Origin: the human T2T-CHM13v2.0 reference genome, Homo sapiens
Direction: 5' to 3' (one strand)
Assembly: GCF_009914755.1 (NCBI RefSeq)
Contig: NC_060925.1
Length of the DNA: 64,000 nucleotides
Made by a program: the position numbers and the translations under genes. Each line of letters starts with the position of its first letter. The stretch's first letter is position 1. Under the pieces are notes generated by a model, which worked only from the letters and a program-made list of their open reading frames with translations, was not told the DNA's origin and did not search any database. This document shows positions 17,021 through 31,514 of the stretch, in pieces.

Positions 17021-18848
17021 CTTTTGCTTTCCTTGGAACTTCTGACGCTGGAGAAAATAAAGGCTCATTGTTTGGTTCAGAAAGGTCCGGCAACAAGATG
17101 GCCTTGCTAGACCGAGTCCTGCTGCTGCGGGATGATTTAGTGAAGGAAGCTGTGGCGAGCAATCTTTCTTCCTGCTCATTTGTTTCTTTATGTGTCATTT
17201 CATCTGTGCGTTCTTCTGATACTGAGTGCAATGAACGTTTTTGGCTTTGACTTTCAGTCTTTTTTGTAAGTTTTTTCTTAGAGCTCATCACCATCGAAAG
17301 TTCCTCGTTTGGCACTAAAATGGATTTTCCTAAAGCTGGTTTTCCAACATCAACATTTTCACTTTTAGCTGGGGTATTTCTTGTAGATCTCCTTCTAATG
17401 CTGGGAGCTTCTTTCTTCTTGGGGCTTCTCTCTTCCTTAACAGCCTTAGATCCTACATCTTCAGATGGATTGATTTTTCTTGGTCTACCACGTTTTCTAG
17501 GTATGGCAGACATATCAAATTCTGCTTGAACAGTCAACTGAGATGACTCAAGGTTGGAGTCTTCTCTCACATCTGATGGACTAACTTCTCTCCCTCTGAC
17601 CCTTCTAACATGTTTAATACGCAGCTGCTTGTCACTGGATTTATCATCTTGCTTATTTCCTGTATTTTCAGAAGCATCTAAATTAGTACTTCTCAATTTT
17701 CTGATCATTCTGCTAGGACTTGTTACCGTACTAACTTTTAGATCATTTATAATTTCAACACTTTCCTGATTTTCTACAGATCTTTTAATTCTTCTAGGAG
17801 TCCTTTTTGTAACAGATGAAACCTTAACTTCTTTTTTAGTAGTTTCTTCAACTGCTGGTTCCAACAGCTGAGATGATTTTAATCTTTTTGATTCCCTACC
17901 TGTAGTGATCTGTAATTCTTGTTCCACAGAACTGGTGTTTTCTAGTATGTCCTGATTAACTTCTTTCTTTCTCCTTCCTCTCCTAGGCGTAACAGAATTT
18001 TGAGGTATTTGCTGGTTCTGAGATAGTCCTCTGACATCAGAATAGATGTTTTCAGAAGCTTCAGAAATTTCTTTTGCCTTCCTAGTTTTCTTCCTGACTG
18101 ACTGCCCTGGCATCTTAGGAGTAGCAACATCTGCTGATGCTTCCTGTTGTGCTGATTTGACATTCACGTTTTGGATACGTTGACCTCTCGTACGAGTTTT
18201 GGAGGAAACCACGTCATCAACCTGGCTGACATTCATAGTCATTGTGCTTGTTTCCTGAGCAGTCTTAAATGCAGATTTGACCAATTTAGTGGGACACATT
18301 ATGTTTTGGCTCACTAAAGGTATTGTTTCATGAATGGACTGTTCCATTGTATCTGAAGTAATTTCTTTACTTCTTGTGTCTTTAATTACATCTAGTAAAT
18401 TTTCTGCAATTGCTACTTTAATAGGTTCAGGCACATATGGTAAAGTGTCTACTTTTTGGGACTTTTGGTCACTAGTTACGGCAGATGGCAAATTTGCAAT
18501 TTGTCCATGATTATCATTTTCCCCACTGCATACAAGTTTTTCTTCAGTTGCTGTGTTAGCTGCTTTAGGTAACACATCAGATGATGCAAAATCACCTGGC
18601 TCAACTTCTCCTTCTTCACCTTCCAATATCAAGGTAAAGTTGCTTTGAGCCACAAAAAGTTCCCCATCTACTTCAGCAATGTCACATTCAGCAGTGTCTT
18701 TGTTATCAGCTAAGTCACAAAACTGTTGGTCAATAGTATCAAAATTGTACTGAAGCTTAAGTGTTCCAGAGGGATATAACTCATTAAATGAAAGATTCCT
18801 AGCCTCTTCTCCTGAATCTTGAGCTTCAAGCTTTTCTTGTTCAATCAC
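17021..18848 (-). CDS. AHCTF1: ELYS giant internal exon (1828 nt): low-complexity S/T/E/K-rich region with AT-hook PRKRGRPRK (17475-17501)
   Basis: ORF 16947..18848; TTTAG|GTG acceptor, AAAG|GTACT donor; phase 0 to 1. Confidence 0.96.
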
Positions 18849-19755
18849 CTAAATGAATTAAAGATAAGAGACTGGTTAAAGAATTTTAATACATGTTTTA
18901 ACTTGAAGCACACAGGTTTTTGATGACCCTTGGCTGTGTGCCTTTTAAAACATAAATTATATTTAATATGGCATATACTTATGGGTTTACTTTACAAAAT
19001 TATCCCTTTAAGCAATCAGACTTTCTCATTCAGTCAAAATAACTACATTTTGAGATTATGACTGAAATTTAACTAGAAATTCTACATTTCCCTAGCTAAA
19101 AAGACAGTCAACAAAAGCTTGAAAATTATGATGCTAACAGTTCTGAAAACATTTAAGGACTTATTCTATTCTCACCCAAGAAAAAAAATTAACCGGAAAA
19201 AACAGAAACAACCCCCAAACTGTGTTTTAATGGTATTCCCCAAATTACCTAACTATCCACACTTTTCTAAATAGCACGATCCCCGTAAGGTTGAAGAACA
19301 ATTCACCTACATAAGCTCCCTTGGGCTAGACTCAATCCTCTTCCCTTTGCTGGGGCTGCATAAACCATGAAATTCCTAAGGCTTTCAAGTTCAGTACCTC
19401 TCCTGCAAGGGTTTGGTGGAAGAAGGAATGGTCCTTGCAATTACCTTTTGGTAAGGGAAGGGGAGAAAAAGGAGGAGGTAGAAAGTAACAGAGAGATCTC
19501 CTGACCAAGAAGGTAGAACATTACCACCCACCTAGACAATGACATTTTCCCACTCCCCAAACATTCAGTGAGATGACAGATTGGAAATAACCTAGAAATT
19601 AGGATTCCCACTTACACCATACCCACAACTCTTATTAGCTTCCCAACTAAAAGAACTGGAACTTTACTCATCTATTTGGCAGTGGGAATACTCATTAAGA
19701 TGAGTATGGATAACGATGACATTTTTATGAGTTAAGAAACTTCCCAAATCCTAAA

Positions 19756-19833
19756 CAAATTTCTATAAATAATTAGAAGAGTTGGTTTTTTATCCAAATT
19801 TCTATAAATAATTAGAAGAGTTGGTTTTTTATC
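19756..19833. repeat. 39-bp perfect tandem duplication
   Basis: caaatttctataaataattagaagagttggttttttatc x2. Confidence 0.93.
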
Positions 19834-20155
19834 TTAAAATTTATTACATAAAAGTTGCCTGCTGGTAATAAAAGATTTGGTATAATAGAATTTTTTTTTT
19901 AAAAAAACTAAGTCTTATTAAGTAGCAAAAAGTTATTTTCAGAGTGTACAGATGTTCAACACCAGCCAGTTGACTATCATTCTCCCACAAGGATGCATGG
20001 GGCGGGGGTGTCAATCCTGTGTAACTGTATCCATATATTTTCAAATATATGATCTTATGACTAAAAAAACCTTTCATTTGAACCAGATCAGCAAAAATTA
20101 ACTTGATAAAACTATGGCTTCTTTAACACTTCCTTTTGGCTTTCATGAAAACCAG

Positions 20156-20291
20156 TTTATTTATTTATTTATTTTTTCCCTGAGACAGGATTTTGTTATG
20201 TTGCCCAGGCTGGTCTCAAACTCTTGGGCTCAAGGATCCTCCCTCCTCAAACTCCCAAGTAGCTGGGACTATGGGCACCTGCCACAGCACC
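20156..20291 (-). mobile_element. FLAM/Alu monomer
   Basis: single diverged Alu arm. Confidence 0.8.
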
Positions 20292-20496
20292 CACCTCCAA
20301 GGTTGATTTATTAAAGGATGTGTTTTTATATTCCACAAAAGATTTATACACTTATTTTTTGAACCCATATTTTTATAAATAAGTTTTTATATAGCAGTCA
20401 AATAAATGAACGTGTTAGATTTGAACTACTGTGTCTTGAAACAACTAAACCAAAACTGAAAGACTGATAAAGAAGTAAAAAATTAATTTTTTTTAC

Positions 20497-20705
20497 ATGA
20501 ATTTCTTGAGTATCAGGAGGGCTGTCAGAAATTGGAAGCTTTTCTTCTGGTAAGTCAACACTTTCTTTTAGTACACCAACTTCTACTTCATGATCTTCTT
20601 TTAAGTTCAGCGCTACTTCCTGGTTAAGCCTGCGCTCAGAGACAATAGGACCTTCAGAGATAGTGAGCGAGGAGTTTCCACCATCACCAAGGACATCAGC
20701 CATAG
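20497..20705 (-). CDS. AHCTF1: ELYS coding exon, SMADVLGDGG...PPDTQEIH
   Basis: TTTCAG| acceptor, |GTAAA donor, 209 nt, ORF 20398..20763. Confidence 0.93.
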
Positions 20706-21423
20706 CTGAAAGAAAAATGAGTGAATTTTTTACATTTAAACTGAAAAATAAATCCACACACAAGGAAGCAAACAGAAAGGAAAAGGCTACACTGCACTTG
20801 AATAGTGTATTAATAAACTATCACAATGCCAGAAAAGTCTGCAACTTCTTAAACAATACACACCTTTCCACAGAGATAAAACAGAAAAAGATAAATTTCA
20901 CATTTAAAAATGATAACTGATAAACGGTATCAGGAAACATTAATATGACGACCAACTGCTTCAAGGAAGTTCAGGTGCTTGTTCCTTATTAATCTGAAAC
21001 TGTATTCACCAGGTGACTACCAGACAACCAGCTATCCTTGTAGAGTAATTACAGAATTACATGAGGAACATGCAATCTGGGCTTTGATACAACTAGGATA
21101 AAGAATGAATCTCTTTTGGCAGAAAGCATTCAAATAGGTACAAATGTACTCTACTACTTTAAAATCCTTTAGTGTTTAACAACAACAAAACATCAATAAA
21201 AAAGCACAAAAATAAAAGATGAACTAGGAAAAAATATTTCTACACTTTCAATGGAAAATGGGGCTATTATCCCTAACATGTGGATACTAATAAAACAAAA
21301 TGAAAAATGTTTTCCTGTTTGGCAAAAAGAGGACGACGAAAAACCACTTTACAGGCTTCTCATCAAATACATAAAAGTAGTATACAAACTTTATTGGATA
21401 CAACAATAAAATATTAAAAATCT

Positions 21424-21707
21424 GGCTGGGCGCAGTGGCTCACGCCTGTAATCCTAGCACTTTGGGAGGCCAAGGCAGGTGGATCATGAGGTCAGGAGAT
21501 CGAGACCACCCTGGCTAACACGGTGAAACCCTGTCTCCACTAAAAATACAAAAAATTAGCCAGGCGTGGTGGCGGGCACCTGTAGTCCCAGCTACTCGGG
21601 AGACTGAGGCAGGAGAATAGCGTGAGCCTGGGAGGCGGAGCTTGCACCACTGCACTCTAGCCTGGGTGACAGAGCGAGACTCTGTTTCAAAAAAAAAAAA
21701 AAAAAAA
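21424..21707 (+). mobile_element. AluY with a short right-arm deletion
   Basis: gagcttgca joined directly to ccactgcact. Confidence 0.92.
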
Positions 21708-23124
21708 TCTGTACATACTTCTGGACCCAACAAGTCCATGGTTAGGAATCTACCCGAAAGAAATACTGACATAGAATGTAATGTGCACAAGAATATTCAC
21801 TGCAGAAACAGCAAAACAAACCCCAAAATGGTGATTGGCCCAAATGTTCAGCAATAAGCAATTAGTTAAGCATGTAACATCTACACTACAAAACACTATT
21901 AGAGCTGTTAAAAAGAACAGGATTAATCTATATTCCTGACAGAAAAAATGTCTTAAATATATTACATGAGAAAAGAAAGTTGCTTTTTTGATAATGATCA
22001 TTTCTAACAGCTAACATTTACTAAACTTCAGGTACCAAGCGCTACACAAAACACTTTACATGCAAGGGGCTTAATCCTGACAACTCTAGGAAATGGGTCT
22101 TATTAATATTCCCATTTAAAACTATTAATATTTTACCAACAAAAAAAAATAGAGACACAGCCCTTAAGTGCAGAACTGGGAAGTGCAGAACTGGGTTAGG
22201 AACCCACACATTCGGGTTCAGCCCCCTGCACTCTTCAGGCACCGTCTTGTCTCCTCTTCCAACATATCGGGGGAAATGGGCACAGAAAACAAAAATTCAG
22301 GAAAGACACTTTAAATGGTTAATTATGGACCCCTAAAATGGGTGATCGGCTTTTTACTTTACATGTTAGACAATTCTCTCTGGATTACTCCATAATCATG
22401 TATTACCTTAATCATGGGACAAAAACTAGTCTGCTGAAGCTTGCCGTATACCCCATTCATAATGTACCAGGAACAAAGGCATAACAGTTGAGAGCATGGG
22501 CTCTAGAGTCAGATAACAACTATGTCATAGTATAGTGCTGTGAGGATTAAATGAGTTAATAGACACAAGATGATCAGACCAATTCTGGGCATAGACATTC
22601 AAGGTGTCTGCTTCCCCTGAATCCAACTGTAAGCTCCTTAAGAAAATCCTATCTTCCTCATCTCTGTATAGCCAGGGCCTAACTGAGAATAGGCCTTCAC
22701 AAAAATGCTCATTGGATTAAAAAAAAAATTCCATATATTTGTTAATTTCCCTGGAGAATATTCAGTCATTTGTGATTATTTTCTAATAATGAAAAGTCAA
22801 CCTTGGCCTTAAGTTATCACAAACAAACACGAAATAACTCTTCTGAGTCCAAGAAGATCAAACGGCAGGGATGCATTTGGCTGTGGACTAGTAATCTAAG
22901 ACTTTGAATATTAGAGCCACAGAATGCCTTACAAGCAACCCACTGTCTGACAGCTTATATATCTCCTTAGAATACTTCTACACCAGGAAAGCTGACCAGA
23001 GAGAGGAATAACTGAGGAGGAAAAATCTGAATAACACAATAGATTATTTTGTTCTAAGAACAGAAAACTCTTCACTCAAAACACAAAAATGGAATAATCC
23101 TGAAGTCAAAATTATTATACATAC

Positions 23125-23222
23125 ATTTATTGTCATTTGCTCTAATTGCAGGGGTGTAGGTTTCAACAGATGTTAATCCTTCGTCCAACACTGGTACCTT
23201 GGACTTCTGGGTGAAGATTTTC
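23125..23222 (-). CDS. AHCTF1: ELYS coding exon, GKIFTQKSKVPVLDEGLTSVETYTPAIRANDNK
   Basis: TTTTTCTAAAG| acceptor, |GTATG donor, 98 nt, phase 2 to 1. Confidence 0.92.
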
Positions 23223-23937
23223 CTTTAGAAAAAGAAATACATACCTTAGTGTGTAAGAAGATCCCATCTGCTTTAACCTGCTTTAGTCCTACCACCTAAC
23301 CTGTCATTTTGGTGATGTAAACTGAGGTTCAGAGAATTCAATACAACTCAAGCTCATTCTGAACAATAATATAAAATTTAAAAGTGAATTCAGAAACAAT
23401 GCTGTACTTGTTTTACCCATTTTCTAATGTTTTACTCTTTTGGCAACAATGGCATGGCCTTAAAGTAGAAATGAAATGATTTTAAAATGCCTGTCAGTAT
23501 ACATTATATTTAAGCCAATTTTTAATAATCTGTGGCCAGTCTTCAAATAAGTCTGTCAAGTATTCTGGAATATTTTCTATGAACTCAGTAGAGGCAAGGT
23601 TCAATATTTTAATGCTACCTAGAAAAAGTATGATAAATGACTCAGAATAAGAGACCAATGAAACCTGTATTAATCCACATGAAAATAAATCCTGGAATAT
23701 GATGACAGTGTTCCTTTAATATTCTAATCTGACCTTTCTCAAAACCCAATTAAAGCATGCTAATTTTGAAAATTACAACAAATAGTATTTGAAAGTAAAT
23801 TCAATAAAAAGGTATTTGAAACATTTATAGATTTTACCATAAAAGTAACAGTGATACATCACCACAAAATATCAAATAAGCTTATATTTTAAAAGGAACT
23901 AGTTAGCCAAGATAGTGAATATGCACCCAGGTTCTCA

Positions 23938-23998
23938 CTGGTAACTCTCATGTGATTCCTTCTCATGCTGGTAACTCTCATGTGATTCCTTCTCATGC
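23938..23998. repeat. 30-bp perfect tandem duplication
   Basis: ctggtaactctcatgtgattccttctcatg x2. Confidence 0.93.
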
Positions 23999-25085
23999 GA
24001 CTGCTCTTTGCTTTGCAATTATCCATGAAAGCCATTGCAATAAATAACATTAGTTTTCATTAAAATTCAAAAAACATTACAATGAAAAAATAATTTGGAT
24101 AATCCTTTCATACTGGCTTCTACTTTTTCCATGCAGGCCTGGCAAAAATTCCAGCTAATCTAGATTTCTCAGGCGTAAAGCATGTGATTTAGTTCAAGGT
24201 ACAAGGGGTGACTATCATGATACTGAATTGTATAGGTGGTCTGGTAAGTCCCTTTCATTATGTATAAAGTAACGAACCATTTATAATGTTGTAAGTTATA
24301 TTTTGTGTCGGTTAATTTTACTGAATCACCCTTACTACTACTTGATAACTGAAGCTGTCCCTTTTTTGTATCCTCTACAACGGTGTTATTCAAAAGTGCG
24401 GACATGCAATCTGTGTCAGTCTCGCAATGAGACAAGGACCTCTTGCCAGAAGGTGAATCAATTGCTTCACTAATCATACTGATTAGTACAGCTGACTTTC
24501 CGTAAAGGAGGCAGTGCACTTATCTATATTCCAAGGCAGGCTGTTTATCTTGTTGCAGAACATAAACTGACACTCTCACCAATCTGCTTGACCATACTTT
24601 GAATACGTCATCTGGTAAAGTGTCAATGAAAATTATTTGGGAGTATGTTTCAAATGGTCGTTAAAAAACACAAACTTAGAGTCATGTATTGAACAAATGG
24701 AAGGAAATAAAACTGTCTGTCATCTCCCCTGTGCTCTACTGTGTCTACCTACAAGAGTCTTGTGCCTGATCATCCTGAAACCACTGGAAAGCAGAGGGCA
24801 TGGAGGTATGCACAGCTGTGAGCGAAATCTTGGTCTTCAACAAAAACAGAATCACCAGAGTTCTGCCTCAATTTACCGTGTCTCTGTATATTTCCGAAAC
24901 TTTATAGTAACTACTAAATGACATATAACTGCACAACTAAACTTCTTTTAAAACAGCCAACATTACCAAAATGGAGATGTTAAAGATCTAAGTGAAATCT
25001 AACATGCACAGAATATTTTACTTCTGGTTCATAATTTCATTAAACTTCTTTCTAAAAGTATTTGAATTTCTCTCCATTAACTTAC

Positions 25086-25209
25086 CCTTCATAGACTGAT
25101 GGTGCACAAAGAGAAGCTTCAGTTCCTTGAACCGGGCTTAAGTGATTCAATTCTGAAAATGCCTCTGCTGCAACTAAGAGATCCTTTGTTTCTGCATCTT
25201 CTAAATTGC
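25086..25209 (-). CDS. AHCTF1: ELYS coding exon, GNLEDAETKDLLVAAEAF...APSVYE
   Basis: TTATAG| acceptor, |GTAAG donor, 124 nt, phase 1 to 2. Confidence 0.92.
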
Positions 25210-25257
25210 CTATAAGTCATACAAATAAGAATATTATTTATGCTAAATATTTAGTGA

Positions 25258-28205
<2,948 letters not shown>

Positions 28206-28296
28206 GGATGCTTTTCTTATGGTGGAAAAAATTCTATTATAAACTTTATTGAGGGACATTAATAACAATTTTGAGTATTCAGAAATGAGTTCTTAC

Positions 28297-28693
28297 CCAT
28301 TTGTTTCTGTAGGTCTGAAGGAGTTACTTCTGATGCAAATACATCTTTATCTCCATCCTTTTCAGTTTGTTCAGTTACATTAGTAGTTAGTGCAGTGGAA
28401 GAGCTTTTGGGCTTAGAGGCCGTGAAAACAGTCTCTTCAAGGTCTTCCGGTGACGGTGCATCCTGATACTCTAAGGTAGTCTCATCGGATGTGATTGAAA
28501 CACTGCTGTTTCCTTTGCTCACATCCAGTTTCTCTAAACTTTGTGACCCCTCATCCATTTCTTGATGCTCCTTTTCAGGGCTGTTCAGGAAAAAAGATGT
28601 GGTCCTATCTTTGCTCTTCAGCCATTCAGTTTCCACTGGAACTGCACATTTTTTAGGTGTAGTAAATACTTCTAATTTGCTATCATCTGCAGC
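28297..28693 (-). CDS. AHCTF1: ELYS coding exon, AADDSKLEVF...SDETTLEYQDAPS...LQKQM
   Basis: TTTACAG| acceptor, |GTAAG donor, 397 nt, ORF 28259..28636. Confidence 0.94.
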
Positions 28694-29356
28694 CTGTAAA
28701 GTAAGATTTTGAAAAGAAAAAAATTAGTAAATATCACAGTTAAGTCTAGTCCTAAGCTACCCATCCCAATCATACCCATACTTTCTTTGTTGTTTTTACC
28801 CAAATTCTCTCCTTAATAAAAATTCATTTATTCTAAATCCATTCTCTTCTAGTACGTAAAAGTTAATGGTGGCTAATGTTTCCCTAATTGGTAATATACC
28901 AGTATTTTCAGAAGACTACAACACAGAACAGGCTAGATGACCAATAATCACTGAAAGGTTCCTATTAACCTACAGTGGACCTCAAGACACACCCTCAAAA
29001 ACATATAACTAGTTAGAAACAACACAATATAAGGTAAAAACAAAGATAAAAGAAGGACTAAAAATTAGGAGGTTTGAATCCTACTCCCAATTCTACCACC
29101 ATACATCTAGCTGACTACAGCCAACTTACTTGGTGCTTCCGAGTCCTATTTATCTGTAAGATGATGGGTTTGGCTTAGCCAATGGCCCTAGTGTTTCTTT
29201 CAGAACTAACCTTTTCTTATTTCATTACTAGCTACAAGATTATATACAAAAATCTATAGTGGTATTTAAAAACTTGATTTATCTAACTTTTTACTTGTCA
29301 GAACTAATACATTCTTATTAAAAAATGTCTTTTCTCCCAATTATTATCAAACTTAC

Positions 29357-29551
29357 CCCAGGAATCCATTTTGGGTGGACATCTTCTTCCACAAATGAAA
29401 TTCTAGTTTCTTTAAGTCGTTGAGGAGACCTTCCAGGTGATGGAGAGGGAGATGCTAAAGGTGTTGATCGAAGAGTAGACCTCAGGATGGACTGAGGAGT
29501 GAACTCAGAAAATCCAGAAGTAGTAACTGACATGGCCAAACTTTTAGCTTT
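29357..29551 (-). CDS. AHCTF1: ELYS coding exon, KAKSLAMSV...SILRS...TRISFVEE...WIPG (SILK-like and RVxF-like motifs)
   Basis: 195 nt, phase 0 to 0, |GTAAG donor, ORF 29318..29539. Confidence 0.93.
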
Positions 29552-29596
29552 CTATAGTAAAGAGCAAATGGAATTACACCATTAAAAGTGCTTATA

Positions 29597-29915
<319 letters not shown>

Positions 29916-31321
29916 TCAACTGAGTCACAATAGTGGTTATATTCTCATCTCATCTCCAATAAACATATCAATAGAAATATTTATTCCAGATTTCTGCAAA
30001 GAAAATACAAAATTCTTCCAGAGCTTTTTATACGTAAGTCTACGAAACATAAAACTGCATCCATCTTTCTAAAAGCATTATTTCCAACTTAAATTCAACT
30101 AAAAAAGTGCCAATTAGTAAGATAAATTACTTAAATTATAGAATTATACAAATCTAATTACAGAAAACTACAGTAAGACTGACTGTAGTGTTTCAGAAAA
30201 AAAATTTCGTCACACGAATCCAATAATAACCAAATTATGTATCAGAATCCTCTGAAGATTTCGTATAATGAATACAAATAATCTGAAATTAGCATGTAAA
30301 TTTATTTAGTAGAGATAATTCCTTCACTTGGCCTCTAAAGGCCTAGTAAACAAATTACTGAATCCCATTAGATCATAATAAATTCTGTTAGACATGTTAC
30401 AAGATCATAACAATTCTTTTTTCTAGACTATTCTGGCAGCAGGTATAAAATTCCTCCAATTTCATTTCATTTGAACCTAGCTGTAGAGAATACAAAGTGT
30501 GATTTATTTTTGACAAATGAAAAAATACTATACTGAATATTTTAAATTATTGAAACCTAATCTTTTCAACTTATTTTAATAAGTATTTTAGGAAGAGCAC
30601 TTATTGAGGTATCTTTTATTCAACTTGAAAAATAAGGATTCCCTAGCTTCACTATAAATGCTGGATATCCAAACAGAGAACCCAGGGACAATGGGGAGGG
30701 GTGAGGGAGAAATAAAGCTTCTGGGTTTCAATCCAGAACATTAGTCAAGGGGCTAGGGAGATAGTATGTTTAAAAAAAAAAAAACAAAACTTTAAAAATG
30801 GAAAGGTTTAAAAAGGCCACCACTAGCAGATATCACAAGTTGAGTGCTGTGATTTCTCAGCTAATAACTTAGGAGATGGGAAAAGGCAGTTTAAAGAGGG
30901 ATAAACCAAAGTAGCAAGGAGTAACAGTTTTGTCAAAGAATTTAAATAAATACAAATAAACCAAAGAACTAAATAGCATTTGATAGAAGAAATAACAGCA
31001 TAATGATATCAGAAATGGAGCTTACATAAAAATGAAATAAAAACAAACTCAAGAACCTGAAAGTATTACAAAGGACAAAGGCAAATTCACAACCACACAG
31101 AACCCTATATTACCTTTAAGAAAATAATGTTAACTTTAAGCAGGAAGGGATAAATTTAATTAGCTCCGTTTTTAGAAGATGTGAAAACATAAAAGGATGC
31201 TTAAAGCATTTCCCAGCACTCCCCAAGCGTATCAGTTATAAATTGCTTATTTTTCTCCTTGCTACTTGAAAAGTAAGAGCCATCTAGTTTGATTGTGAAC
31301 GCTAGATGCGTAAATACTAAC

Positions 31322-31514
31322 CTTAACTACAAGAGGAGTTTCAAGCAAATGTAATTCTGAAGCCCTGGAGATGGCCTGAGGCGATCCTTTTAATTGCGAA
31401 CTTGAGGGCAGTGAACGGGATACTAGGTACAAAGGAGATTTCATGGAGCTTTGCTGAATAAACTCCGAACACTGAGAAGGCCGGGGGACAGGCTGAACAA
31501 CCAAATCTAGCAGT
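31322..31514 (-). CDS. AHCTF1: ELYS coding exon, [13 protein letters not shown]...ETPLVVK
   Basis: TTACAG| acceptor, |GTTAG donor, 193 nt, ORF 31262..31558. Confidence 0.92.

Noticed and set aside
17068-18163. Antisense and alternate-frame ORFs overlapping the giant exon
   Set aside because: Shadow ORFs expected from codon bias of the real reading frame
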